From contig JBMOIO010000001.1 of the NCBI GenBank assembly GCA_049317285.1, forward strand, positions 20,388 to 84,387: a stretch of DNA of 64,000 nucleotides. Reading direction: 5' to 3'. The notes under the pieces were generated by a model. It was given only the letters and a program-made list of their open reading frames with translations. It was not told the DNA's origin and made no database searches. Below are positions 1 through 10,116 of this stretch, piece after piece. Position numbers and translations under genes: made by a program. The DNA is from Minisyncoccia bacterium. GTDB lineage: Bacteria; Patescibacteriota; Minisyncoccia; Phycocordibacterales; UBA9973. Positions within the stretch are counted from its first letter, which is position 1. Each line of letters opens with the position of its first letter.

Positions 1-1232
1 CTTTGACTCGCGAATAATAGAGATGACTCGGTCGATATGGTCAAGCGCCTTTTTCAAACCGAGCAAAATATGCTCACGGGCTTTTGCAGCGTTTAGGTCA
101 AACTGTGTACGGCGTCGCACCACCACTTCGCGGTGCCCAATAAAGGCAGTGAGGATAGACTTCAAAGAGAGCGTTTCTGGCACGCCATCAACGAGCGCCA
201 CCATATTGTAGTGGAAGGTCTGCTCGAGCTGGGTGTGCTTATATAAATAGTTGAGGACTTTCTGCGGATTGATCCCCGCCTTCAACGTAATCACAATGCG
301 AACATCTTTTGTTGAAAGTTCGTCGAGTGCTTTGATGCCTTCAAGCTTTTTTTCTTGAACCAAGGTTGCAATGGATTCAACAAAGGTTGATTTGTTGACC
401 TGATATGGAAGCGAGGTGATGACGATCTGGTACGCACCACTTTTTGCTTCTGCAACTTCGGCTTCACCACGGCACACCACTCCTCCGCGACCGGTAGCAA
501 ATGCATGTAAAATGTCTGCCTTGTTAAATGCGAGTCCTCCTGTTGGGAAGTCGGGGCCTTTTACAATCTCTGCCAAGTCTTCGGTTGTTGCATCGTCATT
601 TTCAATGAGGTGCAAGCAAGCGTCAACGATTTCGGTGAGGTTGTGAGGCGCGATACTGGTCGCCATACCAACTGCAATACCAAGCGTACCGTTGAGAAGA
701 AGGACAGGGAGCGCGGTTGGCATCACTGTCGGCTCTTTGCGGGTCGCGTCATAGTTTGGGCGGAAGTCTACCGTGTCTTTTTCCAAATCACGCACCAATT
801 CTGCCGCAATCTTCGACATGCGCGCTTCTGTATAACGCATCGCAGCTGGTGGGTCACCATCCATGGAGCCAAAGTTACCTTGGCCTTGCACAAGCATGTA
901 GCGGGTCGAGAAATCTTGCGCAAGCTTTACCATCGCATCATAGACACTAGTGTCGCCATGAGGGTGGTATTTACCTAAAACATCACCGACAATACGCGCG
1001 CTTTTTACAAACTTTGCGCTCGCAGTGTGCCCGCTATCAGACATAGAGTAGAGGATACGGCGATGCACCGGCTTGAGCCCGTCGCGCACGTCCGGCAATG
1101 CACGGTCGGTAATAACGCTCATCGCGTAGTCGATAAAGCTTTCGCGCATCTCTGTAACGATATTGAATGGAAGGACGTTTTGGCGCTCTCCCGCTGAATC
1201 AATCTCTGTTTCTGTTACTGCCTTTTTTGCCA
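1..1232 (-). CDS. gyrA: DNA gyrase subunit A, N-terminal part (3' end runs off window start)
   Basis: Reverse-complement translation from ATG at 1230-1232: [64 protein letters not shown]...[22 protein letters not shown] (GyrA active-site region). Not in ORF track because no stop lies within the window. Confidence 0.9.
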
Positions 1233-1339
1233 TGTGTCCGCCTAAATTTCTTTAATAATAAAATAGTCTTACTTATCCTTTTCGCCTTATATCCCTCGAC
1301 TTCAGGAAATTTCGGCGGATGAATTCCTCTATTATACCA

Positions 1340-1549
1340 CTATTTGTCCGTAAAATACGATTGTGTCCCCTCTAAAATCGTGGTGTAACCTGCTCGAATA
1401 CGGGCGCTCAGCGCCTCATCTTTCGCCTTGGTTGCGGGAGCGCTATATATCAAAACAAGGACGGTAAGAAGAATAATTCCAACCCCTACCGTACACCAAA
1501 ACGCAATATTTTTTCGCTTTTGCGGTGAATAGTGCTGGAAGTAGGCCAT
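1340..1549 (-). CDS. small hypothetical membrane protein (one TM helix)
   Basis: 69-aa ORF between gyrA start and the MBL-hydrolase gene; hydrophobic core IAFWCTVGVGIILLTVLVLIY; no recognisable family. Confidence 0.3.
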   Translation of the reverse strand: MAYFQHYSPQKRKNIAFWCTVGVGIILLTVLVLIYSAPATKAKDEALSARIRAGYTTILEGTQSYFTDK

Positions 1550-1560
1550 ATAATCAATCG

Positions 1561-2229
1561 TTAGCCTTGAGGAGCGAGGGCCATGATAAACCCTTGTTTA
1601 CCGTCGAGGTCCCGGCGCTTGAGTGTGGCCTTGTCCACTATCTCATTCTTTTCCTGTCCCCCTTCTTTCAAAAACTGCTTCAAGTCAGCGTCAGAGTATT
1701 CGTACGGAATGATGACATTTGGACTAAATGATACTGCGGTTTTGTACGCAGTCGTCGGATCGAGATCAAGCGCTCCTCCTACCGGAACAAAAAGCATGTC
1801 GGCATTTGAGGCGATTTCATGCGCTTCGGGAGAAAGCTGTTTGATATCTCCTTGGAGGCCGAGAAATGCAATCTTGATGCCGTCGAGCTCAAAACCGTAG
1901 ACCGTATTGATATATGTTTTTTTATCGATAACAACCGTGCTCTGCGCTCCTGCAAAAAACAATTCTCGCGCTTCGTAGCTTCCGGGACCATCAATGACAA
2001 ACAGCTCCTTGTCGCCCAACGTCACCGTCTCTGGACCGTCGGTTTCCGGTGTGTGCGTACTAATGAGCGCAATATCTGCACCAAAGCGAGGCGCTTTCCC
2101 GAATGCTTTTGAGTCTTTTGCGGGCGGATTGAGCGCAATCGTGAGGTCGCCGAGCGTGAGCTTGAAATAAGACTTGCCAAAATATGTGATAACCATGGCC
2201 GTAGTGTAGCAAAATAGCGAACTGAACAA
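1561..2229 (-). CDS. metal-dependent hydrolase, MBL-fold (UPF0173-like); likely true start at Met 2196 (MVITYFGKSYF)
   Basis: MVITYFGKSYFKLTLGDLTIALNPP...IALISTHTPETDGPE pattern of beta-lactamase-fold hydrolases. Confidence 0.7.
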   Translation of the reverse strand: MFSSLFCYTTAMVITYFGKSYFKLTLGDLTIALNPPAKDSKAFGKAPRFGADIALISTHTPETDGPETVTLGDKELFVIDGPGSYEARELFFAGAQSTVVIDKKTYINTVYGFELDGIKIAFLGLQGDIKQLSPEAHEIASNADMLFVPVGGALDLDPTTAYKTAVSFSPNVIIPYEYSDADLKQFLKEGGQEKNEIVDKATLKRRDLDGKQGFIMALAPQG

Positions 2230-2423
2230 AAGGAACCCCCTGCTTGAAATCTACATATATATATGGTATTGTCTGTGGACTCGATAGAGTATTAAGAACC
2301 GTTCCCCTTCCAGGAATAACCTCATTCCCCTACGTATCGGATTAGCCGTATGAAAGCAATGAAATCTTGGTAGGCATTCCTCATTGGAGGAGTGGCTGCC
2401 TCACGGTGGCCAATTTTTTATTT

Positions 2424-3569
2424 ATGACTACAGAACACAACACAGAAGAAGAAGTTATCGCAGTTACTGCGGAAACTCCTGAAACAGAAAAAGAGGAGCG
2501 CGAAACTCCTCACCCTCGCCTTGAAGACCTCGTAGAAGGTCCAGTGATCGCAGTGGGTAAAGCCGCTGTATACATTGATCTTGCACCCTACGGTACTGGT
2601 ATCATCTACGGCCGCGAATTTATCGCAGTGCGCGACCTTATCAAAAAGACCAATGTTGGCGACATCATCAAGGCCAAGGTTGTCGAGATTGAAAACGCTG
2701 ACGGATATGTCGAACTTTCATTAAAAGAAGCAAAGCAGGCACTCCTTTGGAGCGAAGCGGAGCGCGCTATCAAGGATAAAACTATCTTCGACCTCGTAAT
2801 CAAGGAAGCAAACAAGGGTGGTCTTATCATTGACTGGCAGGGCGTGTCAGGATTTCTTCCTGCAAGCCAGCTGAAAGCTGAGCACTATCCTCGTGTAGAA
2901 GACTCTGACAAGGACAAAATCCTTCGCGAGCTCAAGAAACTCATCGGTACCAAGCTTGCGGTCTCTATGATTTCTGCAAATCCGAAAGACGGAAAGCTTA
3001 TCTTCTCTGAAAAGGAATCAAATCCTGAAGAGCGCCAGGAAGTGGTGAGCAAGTACGCAGTCGGCGACGAGATGGAGTGCGAAGTAACAGGAATTGTTGA
3101 CTTCGGCGTATTCCTCAAGATCGAAGACGGTCTCGAAGGATTGGTACACATCTCTGAACTCGACTGGGGACTCGTGGAAGACCCACGAAGCATGTTCAAG
3201 CTCAAAGATAAAGTAAAAGCTAAGATTATCGATATCAAGGACGGGAAAATTTCACTCTCTATCAAAGCACTCAAAGACAACCCATGGAATGCATTTGCCG
3301 GAACACTCAAGAAAGGCGATGTAGTCAAAGGTGTAGTGATCAAGTACAACAAGCACGGTGCACTCGTTTCTATCAAGGAAGGAGTAGCGGGACTTGTACA
3401 CCACTCAACCTTTGGCTCAGATGAAAAGCTTCGCGAAGCGCTTCAGCTCGGACGAATGTACCCATTCACTGTCACTCTCTTTGAACCAAAGGAACAGCGT
3501 ATGACGCTTGTTGCCGGAGAGCAAAAGATTGAGGACGCTCCTGCTCCAGAAGAAGCAAAAGCGGAATAA
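2424..3569 (+). CDS. rpsA: 30S ribosomal protein S1-like (multiple S1 domains)
   Basis: Repeated S1-domain signatures (GxV..I...G.FV, GLVHISEL, GLVHHS); acidic N-terminus; start taken at ATG 2424 (MTTEHNT); long upstream leader of about 190 nt. Confidence 0.8.
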   Translation: MTTEHNTEEEVIAVTAETPETEKEERETPHPRLEDLVEGPVIAVGKAAVYIDLAPYGTGIIYGREFIAVRDLIKKTNVGDIIKAKVVEIENADGYVELSLKEAKQALLWSEAERAIKDKTIFDLVIKEANKGGLIIDWQGVSGFLPASQLKAEHYPRVEDSDKDKILRELKKLIGTKLAVSMISANPKDGKLIFSEKESNPEERQEVVSKYAVGDEMECEVTGIVDFGVFLKIEDGLEGLVHISELDWGLVEDPRSMFKLKDKVKAKIIDIKDGKISLSIKALKDNPWNAFAGTLKKGDVVKGVVIKYNKHGALVSIKEGVAGLVHHSTFGSDEKLREALQLGRMYPFTVTLFEPKEQRMTLVAGEQKIEDAPAPEEAKAE

Positions 3570-3585
3570 CATCCAGAGTATATGA

Positions 3586-3619
3586 AAAAGCCCAAACGAA
3601 TTCGTTCGGGCTTTTTTGT
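3586..3619 (+). terminator. rho-independent terminator after rpsA
   Basis: aaagcccaaacgaa/ttcgttcgggctt stem followed by a T-run. Confidence 0.6.
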
Positions 3620-3629
3620 TTGATTCTTT

Positions 3630-3884
3630 TTACCTTACTGTACGGCATTGTTGAATAAATGCGGCAAGATTGATTTTAAAAATACGCGCCATATGTCCTA
3701 ATATATTTATATCAGGAACATATGAACCATTTTTAATACGCTCTACAATATCTTCCGAAAGACTCAATTGAGAAGAGAGTGATTCGTTGGATATTTTTTT
3801 ACTTTCACAATAATCAGAGACTACTCTGCCGGTAATGTAGGGAATTAAAAATGAATGATCAGTAATTACAGTTTGTTTTCCCAT
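3630..3884 (-). CDS. small HTH (XRE-like) protein in an AT-rich patch
   Basis: 84 aa; C-terminal SQLSLSEDIVERIKNGSYVPDINILGHMARIFKINL resembles an XRE helix-turn-helix; local GC clearly below flanks. Confidence 0.35.
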   Translation of the reverse strand: MGKQTVITDHSFLIPYITGRVVSDYCESKKISNESLSSQLSLSEDIVERIKNGSYVPDINILGHMARIFKINLAAFIQQCRTVR

Positions 3885-3938
3885 AATTCTTTTGTTTATT
3901 TAATTATCTTTTACCACAAACCTTATGATTTGTACAGT

Positions 3939-4505
3939 CTAATTAAATGCTGTCATTATCTCCTCTTTACTCTTGTGTGGAAGGGATTCAATAACCGCGA
4001 TCGCACGCGCTATCCCCTCTTTAAGTGTTTCTTTTTCAAATGGTGCAAAGTTTGAGAGTAAGAATTTTTGAAATCCGTCGGGAGGCAAGATACGGTCTGC
4101 GAGCTCCTCATGGATTGGGCGCACGCCAACACGGATGCGGAAAAAGTCCTTGTGTCCAAGGTGGTCGATAATGCTCTGCACGCCATTGTGTCCACCTGCA
4201 CCCCGCCCAAACGAACACTTTATGTTCCCAAGCGAAATATCGATGTCGTCATACACCACCACCACCTGTGCGTCGGGGTATTGCTTCAAAAGCGCGCGCG
4301 CCGTAACCCCTGAGTGGTTCATAAAGGTTGTCGGCTTTGCAAGCAACAATTCACCCCACTGTGCAATGCTTGCGCTAAAAAGTCCTTTCTCAACAAAAAC
4401 AAAAGATTCCTTTTCCGCAACTGCATCAAGCACTTGGAAGCCAACATTGTGCCGCTGTTTTATATACGTACTTCCAGGATTGCCGAGCCCAATAACGATG
4501 ATCAT
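3939..4505 (-). CDS. pth: peptidyl-tRNA hydrolase
   Basis: MIIVIGLGNPGSTYIKQRHNVGFQVLD...HNGVQSII; start set at internal Met (complement cat 4503-4505), not the ORF-track start at 4604. Confidence 0.9.
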   Translation of the reverse strand: MIIVIGLGNPGSTYIKQRHNVGFQVLDAVAEKESFVFVEKGLFSASIAQWGELLLAKPTTFMNHSGVTARALLKQYPDAQVVVVYDDIDISLGNIKCSFGRGAGGHNGVQSIIDHLGHKDFFRIRVGVRPIHEELADRILPPDGFQKFLLSNFAPFEKETLKEGIARAIAVIESLPHKSKEEIMTAFN

Positions 4506-4571
4506 CCCTCTATTAAACAACAAAAAACGTTTCTTGTCGTGCATGCGTAAATCGTCTATACTACGCGTATT

Positions 4572-5160
4572 CATGGAACCCCTTACTAAGACTACTGCAC
4601 CCAAACTACCGCGCAGTATGCGCCTCTGGGCCTTTGTTGAAAATGTCCTCTATATTGCCGCTGCCGTCATCCTTGCAGTACTCATCCAGAGCTTTGTTAT
4701 CCGCCCGTTTATCGTCAGCGGTGCCTCAATGGACCCACGCATTGAAAACGGACAGTATCTCCTAATCGACGAGATCAGCTACCGCATGCATGAACCCGAG
4801 CGCGGTGATGTTGTTGTCTTTCGCGCTCCCCCTGAACCATCAAAATATTACATCAAGCGCATCATTGGTCTCCCTGGCGAAACAGTAGTACTGAAAGACG
4901 GTGTAATAACCATCATCAATGCCGAACATCCCGACGGCCTTGTACTTGATGAGCCGTATATTGTTCATACACAAAAGGACTCACTAATCAAAAAAGTTCC
5001 GATGGGCGAATACTTCGTCATGGGTGACAACCGCTCCGCGAGCTATGACTCCCGCGGATGGGGCACCCTTCCAAAAAAAGAAATCCGTGGACGAGCACTG
5101 TTGCGACTCCTTCCTATTAGCACTATTGACTACCTTCCGGGCAAAGAATCCTATGAGTAA
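4572..5160 (+). CDS. lepB: signal peptidase I
   Basis: TM segment then SGASMDPRI (catalytic Ser box), KRIIGLPGETV, GDNRSASYDSR; ORF-track N-terminal extension (4135-) overlaps pth and is rejected. Confidence 0.85.
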
Positions 5161-6442
5161 AGAAAAAAAGACAATTGAACCAGTAAGCCCAAAAGGCATG
5201 CGCGATATTATCGGAGAGGACTACTACAAGTTCCAGGGCTTTTTTGAAAAGGCACAGGAGGTGGCGGTGTACTACGGCTTCAAGCCGATTGAAACCCCTA
5301 TCCTCGAACACGAAACAACTTTCACCACCGCTGTTGGCGAAGGAACCGACATTGTAGACAAGGAAATGTACACGCTCAAAACAAAAGGTGGTGACCACCT
5401 CGCGCTTCGTCCTGAACACACTGCCGGGTTGATGCGCGCGTATATCTCCAATGGCATGCAAAACCAGCCGCAGCCGGTCCTTCTCTATCACTCAGGCCCG
5501 GTCTTTCGCCACGACAAGCCGCAGCGCGGACGATACCGACAGTTCTATCAGTTCGATGTTGATGCGCTCGGCAATGAAAAAAGTATTACTGATGCACTCG
5601 TGATCAAGACAATCTACACCATTTTGGAAGAAGCAGGTGCAAAAAATCTTGTAGTGACCATCAACTCAATTGGGGACAAAGACTCACGCCCAGCCTATAT
5701 CAAAGAGCTCACCAACTACTATAAAAAACACCTCAAAGATCTCTCTCCGATTGATCAAGAGCGCCTGAAGACCAATCCGCTTCGCATCCTCGACTCCAAA
5801 GACGAGAAAACAAAAGAGATAAACCAAAACGCACCGGACTCATTGAGCTATCTTTCAACATCCGGCAAGCGCCACTTCAAAGAAGTACTCGAATTTCTCG
5901 ACCAAATGGACATTGCGTATCAAATCGACAAGACGCTCGTACGCGGACTCTCCTACTACACGCACACAGTATTTGAAATCATCGAAACAAACGAAGAAGA
6001 CGGCATCAGTATGACTATTGCAGGCGGCGGGCGCTATGACTATCTCGGGCGCGAACTCGGCAGCAAAAAAGACATCCCTGCAATGGGTGGCTCTATTGGT
6101 ATGGACCGCATCATTGAGCGACCATGGTTCAAAGACCTTACTCCTCGCATCCTCAAGAAACCAAAAGTATACTTTATCCAAGTTGGCTACGAAGCAAAAC
6201 TGAAGAGCTTAAACGTCATCGAAATCCTCCGCAAAGCGCATGTGCCAATGATGCAGTCCCTTTCAAAGGATTCTCTTTCTGCACAGCTTGCAGTGGCCGA
6301 AAAATCCGACGCGCCATACACCCTCATTTTTGGGCAAAAAGAAGCGATGGAACAGTCAGTAATTGTGCGCAATATGGAAACACGCGAACAAGACACTGTC
6401 CCCCTTACAGAGCTCAACACTTATATCAAACACCTCAAGTAA
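5153..6442 (+). CDS. hisS: histidyl-tRNA synthetase
   Basis: MSKEKKTIEPVSPKGMRDIIGEDYYKFQ...HLALRPEHTAG...FRHDKPQRGRYRQFYQ class II motifs; ATGAGTAA overlap with lepB stop. Confidence 0.9.
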   Translation: MSKEKKTIEPVSPKGMRDIIGEDYYKFQGFFEKAQEVAVYYGFKPIETPILEHETTFTTAVGEGTDIVDKEMYTLKTKGGDHLALRPEHTAGLMRAYISNGMQNQPQPVLLYHSGPVFRHDKPQRGRYRQFYQFDVDALGNEKSITDALVIKTIYTILEEAGAKNLVVTINSIGDKDSRPAYIKELTNYYKKHLKDLSPIDQERLKTNPLRILDSKDEKTKEINQNAPDSLSYLSTSGKRHFKEVLEFLDQMDIAYQIDKTLVRGLSYYTHTVFEIIETNEEDGISMTIAGGGRYDYLGRELGSKKDIPAMGGSIGMDRIIERPWFKDLTPRILKKPKVYFIQVGYEAKLKSLNVIEILRKAHVPMMQSLSKDSLSAQLAVAEKSDAPYTLIFGQKEAMEQSVIVRNMETREQDTVPLTELNTYIKHLK

Positions 6443-6446
6443 TACC

Positions 6447-6935
6447 ATGAAAGAGATTGTCCAGGAACCACATGCAGTGCTCCGACAAGTCACTACCTCG
6501 GTCGCACAAGACGCAATCGTGAGTGCTGACATACAGGAAATCATTGCAGACATGAACGAAGCATTAAACCGCGAAGACGACGGCGTTGCTATTGCGGCAC
6601 CTCAAATCGGCGTGCCACTACGCATCTTTGTCGTTTCAAAAAAAGCGTCAAAACAGCTCAGCTCAAATACTGCATTTATTAACCCTGAAATTATCCGCAT
6701 TGGAAAACTCAAAGAAGACCTCTCCGAAGGGTGTCTCTCTGTTCGATGGAAATACGGCACCGTAAAGCGCTCAACAAGCGCTACAGTGCGTGCATTGAAT
6801 GCTGAGGGAAATGAATTTGTTGTCAGCGGCCGCGGACTTTTGGCACAGATATTTCAGCACGAAGTCGACCATTTAAACGGTGTACTCTTTATCGACAAGG
6901 CAAAAGATATTGAGGACCTGCCTCCTACCTCCTAA
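6447..6935 (+). CDS. def: peptide deformylase
   Basis: GVAIAAPQIG, EGCLSV, HEVDHLNG motifs; start at ATG 6447 (MKEIVQ). Confidence 0.9.
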   Translation: MKEIVQEPHAVLRQVTTSVAQDAIVSADIQEIIADMNEALNREDDGVAIAAPQIGVPLRIFVVSKKASKQLSSNTAFINPEIIRIGKLKEDLSEGCLSVRWKYGTVKRSTSATVRALNAEGNEFVVSGRGLLAQIFQHEVDHLNGVLFIDKAKDIEDLPPTS

Positions 6936-6936
6936 T

Positions 6937-7776
6937 ATGAAAAACATCGCATTCTTTGGAACACCAGACTTTACCACTGACTTTCTCGAAGTACTTACGG
7001 CACACGACCTCACGCCAGCACTTATTGTCACCAACCCCGACCGCGCGGCAGGCCGCGGAATGACGCTCACTGCCCCAAAACCTAAAGTATGGGCACACGA
7101 GCACAATGTGAAAGTCATTCAGCCTGAACGAATTGACGACGCAGTGCTCACCGAACTTGCACAGACACCATGGGACTTGTTCGTTGTCGTTGCATACGGA
7201 AAGATTCTCCCTGAAGCACTCATCTCTATGCCGAAATACGGCACCATAAATGTGCACTACTCGCTGCTTCCGAACTATCGCGGTGCAACCCCTGTCGAAT
7301 CTGCCATTTTACATGGTGATGACACTACTGGTGTCTGTATACAGCAAATGCGCTACAAGCTCGATTCAGGCCCGATTATTGCCACAGAAGAGGTAGTGAT
7401 AGATCCAGCTGATACAACCCTTACACTGCGCGCACGCCTCAATGACAAGGCATTAGAGCTGCTTCCTATAACGATAGAAAAGATTTTTGAAGGAACTATA
7501 ACAATGAAGGAACAGGATGAGGCACAGGCGACCCACTCTGGCAAAATCAGCAAGTCCGATGGCGAGATACAACTCTCGGATGACAGTGTCTTAAACGACA
7601 GAAAATTTCGCGCACATGCGGGCAATGTGGGGACGTATTTTTTTATACAAAAAGAAGGAAAAAGTATTCGCGTCAAAGTGACACGCGCTCACTTACATGA
7701 AAATAACTTCGTCATCGACGAAGTTATTCCTGAAAACGGCAAGCCTACTTCATACGAAATTTTTATAAAAGGCTAA
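6937..7776 (+). CDS. fmt: methionyl-tRNA formyltransferase
   Basis: MKNIAFFGTPDF...NVHYSLLPNYRGATPVESAIL; immediately follows def (classic def-fmt pair). Confidence 0.9.
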   Translation: MKNIAFFGTPDFTTDFLEVLTAHDLTPALIVTNPDRAAGRGMTLTAPKPKVWAHEHNVKVIQPERIDDAVLTELAQTPWDLFVVVAYGKILPEALISMPKYGTINVHYSLLPNYRGATPVESAILHGDDTTGVCIQQMRYKLDSGPIIATEEVVIDPADTTLTLRARLNDKALELLPITIEKIFEGTITMKEQDEAQATHSGKISKSDGEIQLSDDSVLNDRKFRAHAGNVGTYFFIQKEGKSIRVKVTRAHLHENNFVIDEVIPENGKPTSYEIFIKG

Positions 7777-8267
7777 TTCGCAATAGCATAGTTTTTTCCG
7801 TATCTGGGATAGGTTCCATTACCACCGGTGCCATTGCATGTTGTTTGAATATAGGCGATATCTGCAGACGAAGGGTTGTTTAATGTTGCGGACAAGGAAA
7901 AATACTGTTGCCCAAAAGCATTGGCGCAAATGTAGAGCATATAGTTTGCTTCGTTCACAAAGCCGGTACCGAGATATCCTTCTTCTGCAAGTTTGGTCGT
8001 TATTGCTTTTGGATACGACGCTCCGTCTGCATACGTTACCCACCCTGCACCCATATCCATATACCCTGACCCTACCGCAGCGTATGTTCCGTATGTATCA
8101 TAATACAACTCAAGCGCTGTCGCGATCTGCTTAAGTTCTGATTTTATTTTCGCATCAGCGCCTTTTTTGCGGGCACTGTTAAGTGACGCAAGAACAACAC
8201 TCGCCAAAATGCCGATCACTGCGATCACGACAAGGAGCTCAATCAATGTGAATCCTTTTTGCTTCAT
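7773..8267 (-). CDS. type IV pilin / pseudopilin-like protein (prepilin N-terminal cleavage-methylation domain)
   Basis: MKQKGFTLIELLVVIAVIGILASVVLASL N-terminus (GFTLIE motif). Confidence 0.8.
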   Translation of the reverse strand: MKQKGFTLIELLVVIAVIGILASVVLASLNSARKKGADAKIKSELKQIATALELYYDTYGTYAAVGSGYMDMGAGWVTYADGASYPKAITTKLAEEGYLGTGFVNEANYMLYICANAFGQQYFSLSATLNNPSSADIAYIQTTCNGTGGNGTYPRYGKNYAIAN

Positions 8268-8268
8268 C

Positions 8269-8625
8269 TTAAGAGCGGAATCCTTTGAGTATGTTTTTTA
8301 TGCGCTGAGAACCGCGCTTGAAGAGCGAGTGCTCTTTTCCTTTTGCGCTTTTTAGTTCGCGCACCAATTCGTCCCGCACAACATCAATCGCTTCATACAG
8401 GTCAGCTTTTTCAGTTTCTGCGCGATAGAGCTTTCCCAAGGATGTTGTGACATTTACGTTCGCAATAAAAATATCTCCGTTTCGGTGGTGGTTCGTGCTT
8501 TTACCAAGCTCAGCCTCAACTGATGCAATAGCCCCATACTTTCCAATACTTGAAAAGCGCTTCTCTGCATAATCCTTCAACGCCTCAGTCAGTTCCATGT
8601 TTGTTGCTTTGATTGAAATGGTCAT
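8269..8625 (-). CDS. hpf: ribosome hibernation promoting factor / RaiA family
   Basis: MTISIKATNMELTEALKDYAEKRF...GDIFIANVNV; typical HPF/YfiA fold signature. Confidence 0.85.
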   Translation of the reverse strand: MTISIKATNMELTEALKDYAEKRFSSIGKYGAIASVEAELGKSTNHHRNGDIFIANVNVTTSLGKLYRAETEKADLYEAIDVVRDELVRELKSAKGKEHSLFKRGSQRIKNILKGFRS

Positions 8626-8657
8626 ACTTACAGTATATCACTCTTCGATGTGCACAA

Positions 8658-9722
8658 TTAGGCCTTGCTTTTCCACTCTTTCTGGGCGTTTACGTCAATA
8701 CCCATATCGCGCTCTGTCTCTTCAATTGTCTCCACCATAATAGTCACCGCTTCAAGCGCATTTTCTCCCAATGCACTCTCTTCAGAGAGCATCACTGCGT
8801 CTGCTCCGTCATAGACAGAGTGTGCAATGTCAGATACTTCTGCACGGGTCGGCACAGGAGCGTTAATCATGCTCTCAAGCATCTGCGTTGCAACAATCAC
8901 TGGCTTTCCAGCCTCATTACATTTGCGGATGAGCATCTTTTGCACGGCCGGCACTTTTGCATGGCCAATTTCAATTGCCAAATCCCCTCGCGCAACCATA
9001 ATACCGTCCACCGCTTCAATGATTTCGTCGATTTTCTCCACCGCTTCAGGTGTTTCAATCTTTGCGATGATCATTTGGTTTCCGCCACCCTGTTTGATCA
9101 ATGCGCGCAATTCTTCAATGTCTTTTGCGGTGCGCACAAATGAAAGCGCTACATAATCAACTCCAGCCTTAATCCCAAATTCAAGATCGCTCTTGTCCTT
9201 TTCAGTAATCGCAGAAATAGAAAGAAAGGCATTCGGGATATTTACTCCGCGACGGCTTTTGATAACTCCTCCCACTAAAATAGTAGTATAGATGTCGCCG
9301 TTTTCTACCTTATCCACGCGAAGCTTTCTGCGCCCGTCATCAATCATGAGGAGTTGTCCCGGCTTGATATCAGTGTCGATGTTTGGGTAGTTGAAATACA
9401 CTTTGTAGGCATTCCCGCTTGCTTTTGTCCCACTGAGAATAAACTCATGCCCCGGGATAAGTTCAATAGAGCCGTCTTCAAAATCCCCAATGCGGATTTT
9501 CGGACCAGAAAGGTCTTGGAGAATGGCGATTGGAATATTCTCTTGTTTTGCCACCGCGCGAATAGTATCGATACGTGCCTGGTGCACTACCTGGTCGTCA
9601 TGGCTCATGTTGGTGCGCGCCACATTGATGCCGGCACGGAGGAGTTCTGCAAAGCGCTCAGGCTTTTCAGAGCGCGGGCCAATAGTTGCGACAATTTTTG
9701 TTTTTCGAGGATGTGTGTTCAT
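8658..9722 (-). CDS. pyk: pyruvate kinase, short form (~355 aa, no C-terminal allosteric domain)
   Basis: MNTHPRKTKIVATIGPRSEKPE...NMSHDDQ...MIIAKIETPEAV...MVARGDLAIEI; true start at internal Met (cat 9720-9722); the 129-aa upstream extension in the ORF track has no similarity. Confidence 0.85.
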   Translation of the reverse strand: MNTHPRKTKIVATIGPRSEKPERFAELLRAGINVARTNMSHDDQVVHQARIDTIRAVAKQENIPIAILQDLSGPKIRIGDFEDGSIELIPGHEFILSGTKASGNAYKVYFNYPNIDTDIKPGQLLMIDDGRRKLRVDKVENGDIYTTILVGGVIKSRRGVNIPNAFLSISAITEKDKSDLEFGIKAGVDYVALSFVRTAKDIEELRALIKQGGGNQMIIAKIETPEAVEKIDEIIEAVDGIMVARGDLAIEIGHAKVPAVQKMLIRKCNEAGKPVIVATQMLESMINAPVPTRAEVSDIAHSVYDGADAVMLSEESALGENALEAVTIMVETIEETERDMGIDVNAQKEWKSKA

Positions 9723-9770
9723 AAGAAATAGGTTGTTTGATTTGGTAAAAATGCAGTGTAGTATAGCCTC

Positions 9771-10025
9771 ATGGAGAAGGTTTTGGCAATTATATTCCTC
9801 GTGTTGTTCGTCTGGGTGGCAGTGCCACATATTGCGCGCGGAGAGTGGCTCGCCCCTACCGCAATGCCCTACGACCATTGGGCCTACGAGTACGCAGTCC
9901 CTGGGAGCCGGGAGATGCTCGCTACCCCGCCATCGGGATACGGGTGGTTTCGCTTTGATTTTTGGAATAATCCGCCCGCAACTGGCCGATCTGTCCAAAA
10001 GGGCGATTTTGCACTGCGGCGATAA
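9771..10025 (+). CDS. small hypothetical protein with N-terminal signal/TM segment
   Basis: MEKVLAIIFLVLFVWVAVPHIARG...; sigma70-like TTGATT-N16-TAGTAT upstream and terminator hairpin right after the stop. Confidence 0.4.
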   Translation: MEKVLAIIFLVLFVWVAVPHIARGEWLAPTAMPYDHWAYEYAVPGSREMLATPPSGYGWFRFDFWNNPPATGRSVQKGDFALRR

Positions 10026-10053
10026 ACAAAAAACACCGTAATGGTGTTTTTTG
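10025..10053. terminator. bidirectional rho-independent terminator
   Basis: aaaaaacacc gtaat ggtgtttttt hairpin; sits 3' of both the small + ORF and the minus-strand tRNA-Asn. Confidence 0.7.
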
Positions 10054-10116
10054 TTTATCAGATGATAAAAATACTGTGCTCCCCCGGTAGGATTCGAACC
10101 TACGACCAATTGCTTA

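Noticed and set aside
4135-4571. Upstream 146-aa extension of the lepB ORF
   Set aside because: It overlaps pth on the opposite strand and shows no signal-peptidase similarity. The TM-anchor Met at 4572 gives a normal LepB.
9723-10109. 129-aa N-terminal extension of the pyruvate kinase ORF in the six-frame track
   Set aside because: No similarity to pyruvate kinase or anything else. It overlaps a promoter-like motif, an opposite-strand small ORF and a terminator, and the conserved pyruvate kinase N-terminus begins at the internal Met.
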